The position numbers were made by a program, and so were the translations under genes. The notes under the pieces are model-generated. The model made no database searches, was not told the DNA's origin, and worked only from the letters and a program-made list of their open reading frames with translations. A stretch of DNA of 64,000 bases from Podospora anserina (taxonomy: Eukaryota): contig CM030332.1 in the NCBI GenBank assembly GCA_017654855.1, positions 2,666,001 to 2,730,000 on the forward strand, written 5' to 3'. Of this stretch, positions 48,801 to 60,800 are shown one piece after another (the first letter of the stretch is position 1; each line of letters begins with the position of its first letter).

Positions 48801-51800
48801 TGCTTTCGCGGCTGACGAGTTTGCCCAATCTCCTGAGGCTAGGAGGAATGACATTGAAAGCTTGGAACAGATGTCACCTGTTGGATCTGTGCATCTCGAG
48901 AGCCAGTCCACCACGGACAAAGAGGATGACGTTCAAGATCTCGAGCAGCTCTCGCCAGTCGTTGTGCCCTTCAAAGCGCCTGCTAGACAGCTAGCCTTTG
49001 GTGATGAATTGGAGCTCTTGCCTGCGCTACCCGAGAGTTTGCCAAATTCACCTCTCGAAAAGGGCCCGTCACCATCATCTGCACCTTTGGTCTTTGGAGG
49101 ACCTTTGGAGGAGTTGCCTTCTTTGCCAGACTCTCCCATCCAACAATTGGCCAAGGAGGAAGCCTCTGCTTCGATCCTCTCAGAAAGCCGTGCTCTCTCG
49201 CCGCTTCAGGATGCCTCTACTCTGGATGTGCCGGTTGAGACTTTGGAATTGCCGTCTCTTGAGAGCTCCTATGGGACTTCAATTGACGACAAGAACTCAC
49301 CTCACACTCGAGAAGATGGAACCGAACTCTTGCTTGCTTCTAGCGGACCTGCGAGCCCGGTACCCAGCACTATGCCACAAACCACAGAGTCGCCAGAGGT
49401 TGTTGAGTTGCCCGCTCTCCCTGACAGTGCTCCTGCATCTCCTGTTCAAAACGTTTTGCCTGGCCACTTTGAGGAGATGGAGGAGCTGCCACCACTGCCA
49501 GAGAGCCGGGCAGATTCTCCAGTGCATATGGAATTGGCTTCTCCTCCTGTTGCAGTCTTGCCACATGCTGGAGAGTTTGAAGATGCATCTGCGCTGCCAG
49601 CTCTTCCGCAGGAGCAGCCTGGTACTCCTGATCATGAGAGGTTTCCGGCTCTTCCCCGAAGCCGCGCCCCCAGTCCTGTTCCGTCAGCCAATTTACCAGC
49701 TCTTCCTGCTAGCACTCCTGGCTCTCCAGTCATCGACACGCTGCCGGGTCTCCCCGCAAGCAGATCACCAAGTCCCGTTTCTTCAGGCTTGTCAGTTTCC
49801 GATTTACCGCTTCCTGCGGACAATCGTGTTGGTTCACGCAGTTTCTCGGATTTGTCAGTCGTCCCAGAGCGTATGCTTGTTCCTGATGTTTTTGCGGACT
49901 TGCCTGCTCTCCCTGATAGCGAACCTGCTACTCCTGTTCATACAGACCTCCCCGTTCTGTCTGAAACCAAACCTCTCAGCCCGATTGTTACAGCCCAGCC
50001 AACTACCTCGGAAAGCCAGCCTGCCGTTTCGGCCTCGCCCACTCTGCCTGAAAGTCGGTCTGCTACCCCTGTTGTCTCTGACGTTCTAGCTTCTGTAGAA
50101 GACGGACCCGGCAGCCCGGTCTTTGAGGATGTCTCAGTCTTCCCAGACAACAAGCCTCTTAGCCCTGTTCTTTCAGCCTTGCCGCCTCTCCCAGACAGCA
50201 CACCGGAGAGTCCCGTGGTACCGGCTGAAGCTATTGCTGTTGAGGAAGAAGCTGTTGTTGACGATAAAGTCGATCATCTTGACTGCAAATCTGCAGTCGT
50301 TGAAAGCGAACCTAGCAGCCCTGTCAGCTTGACCCAGCAAGTGGTTGCATCGAGCAGGTCTCTTGGTCCTGTGTTCCCAGGCTTGTCTGCCCTTCCCAAG
50401 AGCCGACCTGCCAGTCCTGTTCTCTCGCCACTGCCAGCTCGTCCTGACATCAAACCTGTTGCTCCAGTCCTTTCGGCTACGCCCAATTTTGCGGAAAGCA
50501 GACCGGCAAGCCTTGCTCCATCGTTTACGCCGCGTCCCCGCTCTGGTAGTCATTTCTTCACTACTCTCTTCTCCCTGCCTGTTCTATCAGGCGTGCAATC
50601 TCTTTCAAAAAGCCGTCCTTCGTCTCCTCTTCAGAAACCAAGCTTGGCTAATGAGACTCTTGAAGAAATCCCCGCACTGCCACTTTCTGAAAGTGGGCCG
50701 GTCTCTCCCATCGAAGACTTGTCAAAGTCGCTGGCGGAGGCGCTCGAAAAGGTTTCAGAGTCGCGCTTTGAGGCAGAGAGCCGACCCGAGTCCCCTGTGG
50801 AGTTGGCAAAGTCTCCTGTCCAGACCTTTGAAGACGTTTCTCAACTCCCAGCTCTGCCTGACAGTCAGCCCGAATCTCCGCTCGTGTTGGCAGAATTGTC
50901 TGCTCGGACCGTCTTAGATGCCTCACCAACTCTCCCCCCCTCTGAAAGCCGGTCTATCTCCCCTCATCCAAAGCCTGTAGATTTTTCAGATCTGCCAGCC
51001 TTACCTGAAAGTCTGCCTATGTCTCCTGTTCTGGAACATCTGCCAGTGCTCGGCAATTCTCAGCCAGCCACGGAGGACCTTGTTGATTCAAATCCCGCCG
51101 TAGTGTCGAAGGAGACTCCAACTCTTCCCGAAAGCCGCCCTCCCTCGCCTCTCCACGACGTTGAGCTTCCCACTCTTTCAGAGAGTCGTCCTGATTCGCC
51201 AATCGTTGATACATTGCAGCAGCAATCTTCTCCTGTTTTCACGCCTGTTGTCCCACGGGGACTAGAGTCTCTGCCAGCCCTGCCCGAGAGCGAGTTGAAT
51301 TCTCCAGTTCTTGAGCCTGTCCTTTCCCAGGGGCACGAGTCTTTGCCCGCTCTTCCTGAGAGTACGCCAATTTCCCCTGTTGTTGAGCCGACCTTGGCTC
51401 AAGCGCCAGAAGTACTGCCAGCACTATCCGAGAGTAAGTCAATCCCACCTGCTGCAGAATCTATTCTTAACCCGTAATTAGATGCTCTTCCAGCCCCTTC
51501 AGACAGTCTACCGGCCTCTCCTCTGCTTGAGGTTCTCCCTATTTCGGAACTCGACTCTCTACCAGCCTTACCGGAAAGCAAGCCGGGATCCCCTATTGTC
51601 GAGTCTGTTACTACTCATGAGCTAGCGTCTCTCCCTGTTGATTCTGGGGACACGTCAACTTCTCTTGCTCCTGAGCCCGTTCGTGCCACAGAACCAGAGA
51701 GCTTCTCCACGCTTTCTGAGACGGCATCACCTTCCCCTATTCAGCATCCCATGGTTCGCCAGCTTCCTGATGAGATCCTCAACAATCTACCAGCTCTTCC

Positions 51801-54800
51801 CGAGAGCCCGCTTGCTTCTCCGGTTGAACGGCCTGTAGAGCTCCAGAGCCTCGAGGCTTTGCCGCTCCCTGAAAGCCAGCCAGCCTCTGCCATCCAAGTT
51901 TCTGCCTCCAGCAAACATCACGAGTATAACTTGGATCAGTTGCCTGCTCTTCCCGAGTCTCGTCAGGATTCACCTCTACTCGAGCCCGTTCTGTCTGAGC
52001 ACCAGGAGATTCTGCCTGCAGTTCCCTTGGGCGTGTCTTCATCACCCGTTCATGTCCCTGTGCCACGCCAGTTCCCTCAAGACGACACAGATGAGCTACC
52101 GGCTCTTCCTGATTCTCAACCTGTCTCACCTGCCTATGCTCCCATCTCACGTCAGTTCCCTGATGAGTTTGCGGACAGTTTGCCTGCTCTTTCTAAGACC
52201 CAGCCAACGTCATCTGCTCAGGATAGCCTCTCAAGCCAGATTCAAGAGGCGCCTTTGGACACGCTGCCTGCTCTGCCGGAAAGCCAGCCAATGTCTCCTG
52301 TTCAAGATGCCTTCCCTGCTTTGCCTGGCAGCCGTTCTCCTTCGCCTTCTCAGCTGGCCCTGCCTCAGTTGGTCGATGCGCGCGATGAACCTTTGGTCAA
52401 TACGCCTGCCCTTCCCGTCAGACACTCATTTTTTCCGATCGAGGTTTCTGAACCTCGCCAACTTCCCAGCTTGGATTTTGACAGCTTGCCCGCTCTGCCT
52501 GAAAGCCAGCCAACCACCCCTGTGGAGGATTCTGGTTCAACTCAGCTTCATGGCCAAGATTTTAGCGACCTTCCAACTTTTCCCGATAGTCTGCCTGTAT
52601 CGCCTGCTCAGACCTCTGCTCCTCAGCTACCAGCCCAAGATCTGGACAACTTGCCGTCTCTTCCTGAAAGCCGACCAGGCAGTCCTACTGTCCGGTCCAT
52701 GCCCGCACCTGGTGATGCTCGACCATTGTCTCCTGTTCAAGCCCCTATTGAACAGGTGTTCAATGAAGGCGTTGAGACTCTGCCAGCCCTTCTGGATAGT
52801 CGGCCCGTGTCCCCCCTCGAAACTACGGCTGAGGCCGCTGTGGAGATCCCTGTGGAAGCTCCTGTCGAGGCTGCTGCTGATACGTTCTTTGATGCTCTTG
52901 AGACTCCTGATGAAGTTGCTGAGCATGAGCCTCCGGAGGAAGATTTTAAGAACTTGCCAGCTCTTCCCGAAAGTCCGCCAACTTCCCCTGTTCCAGACCT
53001 TGCTTCGCCTCAACTGCCCCGCCAAGAATCAGATGACTTGTCAGCTCTTCCCGAAAGCCGATCTGTGTCTCGCAATCAAGACCTTGAGGATTTGCCAGTT
53101 CTCTCAGAAAGCCAGCCCATGTCACCGACACAAGCTCCAGCTACACCTGAGTTGCCCAAAGAAGACTTGGATCAGTTACCAGCTCTTCCTGACAGCCCCT
53201 TCTTGTCGTCCGCTGAGGCTGCACAAGTACAACTCGATGTAGTCGAGGTAAACCTGGCCGATCTGCCAGCTCTTCCTCAGAGTCGCGCTTCTTCACCTGT
53301 ACACAAGCCTGTTCTGCCGCTTATCGTCACGGACTTGGAGAAAGCAGAAACTGTACCGTCGCCCAGATCAACTGGCAGGGAAATCGCGGGGGTGCAAGAG
53401 CAAGACTTCGCGACACTTTCTCAAGTCACAGATGGCAACGATGCACAGATTTATGAGCCTCCGTCATCTTATTCCGATGTCAAGACGCCACCGAGCCCCA
53501 TTACAAGGCGCGCACTTGAGAAGGAGAAGGAACTGGATGATTTCGACAAAGGCAAGTCGGTTTTTGTGGATACTGCCGCTGCTGCCGGCCCTGCCAGCAC
53601 TCTTGTTGTTGCCAACATGCGCCAGAACGGTTCTCAGCCAGACATCCAACGTCTGGGCTCTGAAATGCAGATTCCTCCCAGCCAAGAGAAGAGCGAGAGT
53701 GTCTATTCGTTCAATGAGGATGGAACATCTACCGTCGCTGCGTCTGAAGCACCTACTTACCTTTCTGGGTCAACTTTCTACGAATCTCAGCTGTCTGAGC
53801 CGACCAAGAAGAAAGACTCTCCTCGCCAAACTTTCAGTTCGCTTCTTGGGCTCTGGAGCAAGCGTGAAAAGACCCAGCCAGAACCGCCTGCTGTTTCCAA
53901 GGTCGTGGCTAAGGTGGTTCCTGCTACAACGCCTGAGGAGGAAATGTCTGAGGATGGTTTGGTTCCCAGTCCGACAAAGAAAGACAAGAAGAAGAAGAAA
54001 CAGAGGAAGGGTGAAAAGGAGGGGAGTGAGAGTGGGAGTGGATCTCAGCAAGAGCAACAGAGAGGCGAATCGTCCGGCGGTCTCAACATTCTTTCGAGCA
54101 ACCAGTCGACCAACGACCAGCCCGCATCGTCCATAGTCAATAAACCTGTTGTTTCTCGCTACCTGCCGGACGACGAACCGTCGCCTTCTCCTGACCAACA
54201 ACATGATGAACCGAGCCATGACGCTGACGTTGCTCCTGAAACCGAGGAATTCCCGGTTCCTGACGAAATACTCCCTGCTGAAGAAGTCCCTGCTACCGAG
54301 GAACCACCCACTCCCGGCAAAAAGTCCAAGAAGAAAAAGAAGAAGGCTAAGAAGGCTGCAGCCGAAGCTGCAGATGTGGCTGAAGAGGAGGCTGCTCTCG
54401 AGGCTCCACCGCCAGAACAGGACATTGCGGCTGAGAACGTGGCTTCAGCAGAAACGCAAGCTCCGAGCAGCGGTGAGCTTGATGATTCTGCAAAGGATCA
54501 GGGCCCTGGTCCTCAGCCTTCGGTCAGAGATGATGTGGATGATGTTGAACCTGCCGAGAAAGAGGAGCATATTGCAGCTGCACCGTCAAGGTCAGGTTCA
54601 ATCTCAAGCCCTACCACGCCAACTTTGACCAGAGATATCACGAAGAAGGGCATTCTGTCTATGCTGCCGGCTGTTTCCCCCTTTCGTACCGGATTTTGGG
54701 GCATCAAGAAGCAGGAACCGGCCACGCAGACAATTCTCGAAGAAGGCCCTGAACTCCAAAGTCAGCAAACAGAACAGGGGCTGGGTCTAGGCGAGTCTAG

Positions 54801-57800
54801 CGACCGTTCCATTGAAGTGGGGCCTGCAGAAGACGTGCATAAGCCTGAAGCCAAGGAGGAATTAGGGTTGAATACGGCTAGCCTTGCGCTAGACACCGCT
54901 GTTTCTCTTGTTGAGAGCCCTATCCTGGTCCAAGACGAGGCAAAGATTGAGCATGAGGCAACAAAAGAGTTGTCGGATGAGAGACAAGAACTGGTCGAGG
55001 CTGAGGTTGTCGATGTTGATGTTGATGACAAGGAAGAGAGCAAGGACACCGTGCGGAATGACGAAAAGGAAAGCACGTCGCGTGTTGTTGATGAGCCAGT
55101 CGTTGCCCACGAGCCAGTCCAGGATGTCTTAGTACCGGAGATCACAGCAGCAGCGTCTGAAGATGTTGTTCAGGAGGAGGCTGTTGATGAGCCTTTGCCC
55201 ACTACGGCTTCTGAGAATGTGGAGGTGGTTGAGCCTGCGACAAAGAAGAACAAAAAGAAGAAGAAAAAGAAGAAGGCCGCCGCTACAGCTACTGAGAACC
55301 TGGAGACATCTAACGCCACTCATGCTACTGAACAGTCAGTCTCGGAACTGGTCCCAGAGCCATCTGCCTCTTCAGGCCAAGTAGAGGAGGCCCTCACTGA
55401 GACTGCTCCTGCTGAGGAAGTTGCCCTCGCCGAAGATATCGCCGTTCTTTCCGAAGTGACCCCTACTGCTGAGGCAGTACCTCCCAAGGAGATTGCCGCT
55501 GCCCCTGAAGCTGCCCCGGCCCAAGTCAAAGAGATTCCCGCGTCTACAACAACCAGCAGTAAGAAGTCCAAAAAGAAAAAGAAGAAAAAGAACGCTTCCC
55601 AATCGACTGAAAATCTTACTACAGTCCCCATTGTCGAAGAGCCACCCGTCCAGGATACCACTGTTCAGCACCCGTCCACGGACCCGGAGCCCGAGACCAA
55701 GCAAATCCCTGAGGATGCTGCCACCATTTCGATTTCTACGGACGACGAGCTGCAAAAGGACGCAGACGATTCTCTCATAGACAAACAGGAGCCCAAGAGC
55801 ATGGAGCAGCCCCTCGAGGAGCACAATATTCCCGGACAGGTCAGTCGAGACTCAAGCGAGCAACCCAACATTAGCCATGGCAGCGACAGTACAACACCAA
55901 GAGGTGAGGACGACAATAAACCACACCAGACCGAGGCCCATCCCGTTTCTGAGGTTTTTTCATCATCGTTTTCACCAGCACAGTTGCCAGAAAAGAGCGT
56001 CCAGAACAACCAGGAGACGGTGGAATCTGCACTCAATGAGATTTCCAGCGATCGACAAGATGGTGTTCCTGTTACTATTCCCCATGATTTACTACTCCCT
56101 GACAATAATGATGCTGCTGTACAAGACGTCTCCAAGGAAGAACCAGGCTTTGACACGATTTCTTTGCAACAGGAACAGGACCTCCCCACCGCGCCACCGT
56201 TGACGACCGAAGCCACTCCGGAGCTGGAGCCGGTCATTAAGGAGGAGACTGACACTGGTGATGGCCTCGCCGAGACAAAGTCAACACATGACGTCAAGTC
56301 CGGCATCGGTAAGCTCTATATTGCCCCGTCAGAACACAAACACACTATGATGCATCAGATGAACTAATCATTTTTCATATTCAGTCGAACGAGGTTTCAC
56401 CGCCCCGCTCGTGGCTGCAGACAGTACCATTGAGGCCTTGACAGGTGGTGCATCTGGAAGGACTGCCGTTACCCAGTCAGAACCAATCGCTATTGAGGAG
56501 GCTGCAGCACTTGTACCGCTGCCGGAAGAGGTTGAATCTGATTTTCCCACTGATACTACAAGGGCAGAAGAGGAGAAGAGTAAGGAACACTAGAATTGAA
56601 TACAAGAACATCATTTAGACTGACATTGACCCAGCACCGCCAATTGATGAAGACAAGGCCGCCTCATCCGTCGCCCAAGGCGAGGTTCAACAACGGCCTG
56701 AAGAAGGTCGGGCTGAAACACCTGCAGTACCTGCAGCAACTCCCCTGCAAGAACAACAACAATTGGGTGACATCGCTGTACCTCCCCCACAACAACCGCA
56801 TTTGCAGCAACAAGAGAACTCGTTTCAGGCACTACAGCCAATCCCAACAGCGGCTTCCCCCATTGATGCTACACAACTGCATGAATTGAGGCTCGCCTCT
56901 TCCCCAATCGGTGCCAGGCCTCGCTCGGTCAGCTTCACCCTGGAAGCGATCAGCCCTGGCGCCTATACCCCCACGAGCAGCGGTGCCATGTCTCCTGTAA
57001 CGGAGCACGAGTCGGAGGATGCATCTGGTCCTTCGTCACGTTACACTCTCCGGAGCAAGAAGAGAGAGAAGCGGAAGAAGTCTACTGCCCTGAAAGCTGT
57101 TGCTAGCCCTACGGATGAGGAACATGGATGGCTCAAAACAAACAAGCCAGCCTCGTTGGGGTTGGTTGACTCTCCTAAGCAACAGGCGTCTCCTTCCCAG
57201 GAGAGCTTTGATCATCAGCTTGGCACGGTAGCGGAGGAGACTACTTCTGCTATTGAAAATGATGCTGATAGCATTAGCGATGCAAGGTCGGTGCTGTCGT
57301 TGGCTTTGGGGAAGAGGGCGGAGACGCCGTCGGAGTTTGGGGGAAGTATGGCTGATTCGGAGGGGACTGTTGGTGAGAAAAATGAGGAAGCTGGGCCTTC
57401 AGTGATGAATGGACTTTTGCTTGCGACAAGGTTGAAGAGGGTGGCGGGACGGTTCAGGGAGAGGAGGGAGAAGGCGGCAGCGAAGAAGAAGAGCGGGATT
57501 GCTTGGCCTAGCAGTGAGCAGGAGGAGAAGCAGAATGTGGAAGAGGAGGTTGGGAAGGAAGATGGTGAGAATCCCTTTTCTTTTGTATTATCGGATGAGA
57601 GTTGAAAAAATAAGAGAAGGGATTGAGACTAATACATGTGTAGAAGTGATGGTTGAGGTAGCTGCACCTGACAGTCGATCTTGGGAAGTAAAGGAAAATG
57701 TTGAAGAACAAGCAGTTGCGACTGATGCCCCTTACCAGCAGGCAGAGCAGACTACTCAGGAAAAGGGAGTTGCTCTTGGAACCCCTCTATCTCAGCTCAC

Positions 57801-60800
57801 GGAGCAGCTTGCGCAAAAACAAGCTTCGGAACAACAGGAGGCAGTGGAGCAGGAAACGACCACTGCTGTTGTTCCTAGGGACCTTTCGCCCATTCCTGAG
57901 GAGAGCGCTTCTGAGCCTGAGACTGTCGCTGCTGAGGAGTCTGTTGTTGATGACTCGACTCCTGTGGAAGATACCACCCTTACTGCCGAGTTTACAACTG
58001 CGGAGGAGGTTTCTGCTCTCCCGGAGCAAGTTTCAAACGAGGAGTCCGCTGTCGAGCCTACAAAGACAAGGGAGCTCGAGGTTGCTCCCGAGCAAATACT
58101 TCCCATCGCAGAGCCTGTCAGCGCTTCAGATGAGGCTGCGGTTGAGCAATCCCCTCTTGTTTTGGGGGCTATTCAAGAGGAGCAGATCGAGGAAGAGGAG
58201 TCTGTGGCTGCTCTTGAGCCAACTGCTGAGCCCGTTGCCGAAGAGGCCCAGGTTGAGGTTGTTGAAGAGATTGCTCCGGTCGACAAAGCTCCTGCCGAAG
58301 AACCCGCTGTGGCCGAGGCTGAACACCGCGCAACGGAAGATCCCGCCACTGCTATTGCTGAGCCTTTGCTCGAGACCGCTGTTGCTGCTCCAGAGAGTCT
58401 TGTTGAACCTGAAGTCCCTGTTCGGGTTGAACTGCCAGTTGCCGATATTGGAGAGCCAGCTCCCACTTTTGAAAAGCCATCGACTGTTCCAGAGGAGATC
58501 ATCGCTCCTTCGGTTGAAGGGGTCACTCCAGCTGTCGAAGTCAACATTCCTGCGCTTGAACAGAGCATCATCAAGCTTGATGACAGCACTCCTGAAACTC
58601 AGGACCAAGAATCAGTCGTTGGCCGCAATATCTCTTTGGATGCAGAGCCACAGCTTGAGCCCGAGGTCGTTCCACTTACGCAAGAGGCGGAGTTGTCAAT
58701 AAGTGAGCCTGAGCTCACTCCTGCCATCCAGATCGCTCCCGAAGCCCAGCTAGAACCCGCCAGCGCCGAGGTTGTGGAAGATGTCCCAGAGCAATCTCCC
58801 GCCGCTATCAAGCTCGAAGCTGAAGTCGGCTCTGCCGTTACCGAACATGAGCAACTCCAACACCGTATAGATGAGCTGACGGAGGCGATGTCAATTCCAT
58901 TGCCAGTAGAGGTCGAGGACAGTTCAGATCTTGTTCCAGTTGCTGAGCCTGAGCAACGACAACCTGAGTTCGATGAATTTGCGGAGGCTATCTCAATCCC
59001 ATTGCCAGAAGACCTCGAGTCAATCTCTGAACCTACTCTGGTTGCTGAAGTTGAGCAACCGCGACTTCAACAAGATGAATTGGCGGAGGCTTTGACAACT
59101 CCGTTGCCAGATGAGGCTGAAGAGATCTTTGATCTTACTCCAGTTGCTGAATTCGAGCAAGCGCAAGTTCGACTGGATATATGGGCGGAGGCTTTGACTG
59201 TTCCACTGCCTGAAGACTCCAAGTCAAAGGTTGAGGTCGAGGCTGATACTCCCCCAGTGATGGCTTCTGATGACGTTCGGGCTGTTGCTGTCGTTGAGAA
59301 GACTGCCCCGGTCGCGGTTGAAGAGCTAATTCCCACTGTCGATGAGTCAGCTCCTGTTGTTGAAGAGCCAATTTTTATCAGCGAGTCTGAGCAAGCTGTT
59401 GATGTCACGCCCACTCCTGCTGAAACGTCTGTTGAGGAAAAATCTCCCCTGCCGGAGAAGTCTGTCTCGGTCGCTGAAGACATTGCGCCCGCTTCGGAAG
59501 AGCCAATCAATCTTCTTACTGCCGATGAAGAGTCTGCTCCAAAGCCAGACTTTGATAGGGAGCTCGCCTTCGCCGCTGAGATTGCTCTTCCAGAGGCCAC
59601 AGCTGACGAGATCGAACTGCCTGCTACACCACCCGGACAACTCTCAGTCGACCAGGATCTCGTTTGGGCAACTGAGACCCCTCTGCCAGAAGACACAGCT
59701 GATGAAGTCGAACTACCTGTTACCCCCGTAGAAGAGCTCTCGGGGGGTCAAGGTTTCGCTTTGGCAGCGGCAACCCCTCTTCCAGATGTCACCGAGGATG
59801 AACTGGACCTGGTGCCTACACCAACTATAGAGTGCTCTGTGAATCAGGATCTCGCTTTAGCAACTGAAACTCCCTTTCCAGAAGTCACAGAGGATGAACT
59901 CGAACCAGTTTCTGTGCCAGCAGTTGACTCAGTCCCAGTGCACGAAGAGATTTATACTTTTCGCGAGGTTCTTGCACCAGAGACTAAGGAGATCGCTCTT
60001 CCTACTGTTGAAGAGCTGATCTCCACTGTTGTCGAAGAGGCTGCTCCTGCTACTATCGAGGAGTCAGTGACAGTCTTGGCTGAAGAGTCTCGGTCTGAGG
60101 TTCAACCTGTGGCCACTGTCGAGACAGTTGAAGGGCCTTTGGAAGTTTCTGAGATGCCCGTCGTTGAGGAGCCGGTCGTTCAAGGGCCTGTCCTTGAGAA
60201 GGTTATCGTCGAAGAGGTTGTTGAGGAAGGACCTGCAGCTATTGAGAAGCCTGTTGCTATGGCTGAAGAGTCTGCGGCTGCCGTTGATGAGCCTGCTGTT
60301 GTCGTCAAAGAGATGCCAGTCCCTGAGGAGGCTGTCGCTACTGTCGAAGAACCCAAAGTTAACATCCAGGAACCCGCCATTGTTGAAGAACCCGCCGTTG
60401 CCAGAGAAGTTCCGGATTCTGAACAGGTTTTGATCCCCGAAGCCACCAATATGGACGAAGAGGTTCTCGTTCCCGAGGAAGAAGTCCCGGTGGAATCGCC
60501 AAGTCTCCCTGTCGTCGAGACAGCTCCTGAGGAACCTGCTTCAACTCCAGCCCCTGTGATCGAAGAGACATTCGAGTTGCCAGCCAAGAAGAAGAAGGGT
60601 GAGAAGAAGAAGAAGAAGAAGGCCGCAGAGAATGAAGCTGAGATTCTAGGTGTTGCATCTTCAGCTAGCATCGAGGAGTCGACGCCAACAGTACCGGATC
60701 TGACTGTTGAGCCGACAATTGAGGAGCCGACAATCGAGGAGCCGACAATTGAGGAAACTATGATCGAAGAATCAACACCCGAAGAACCGACAATCGAGGG

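Noticed and set aside
57698-58702. 334-aa Leu/Arg-rich ORF and similar ORFs to 63.6 kb
   Set aside because: Alternate frame of the Leashin last exon; the real frame is open to the window end.
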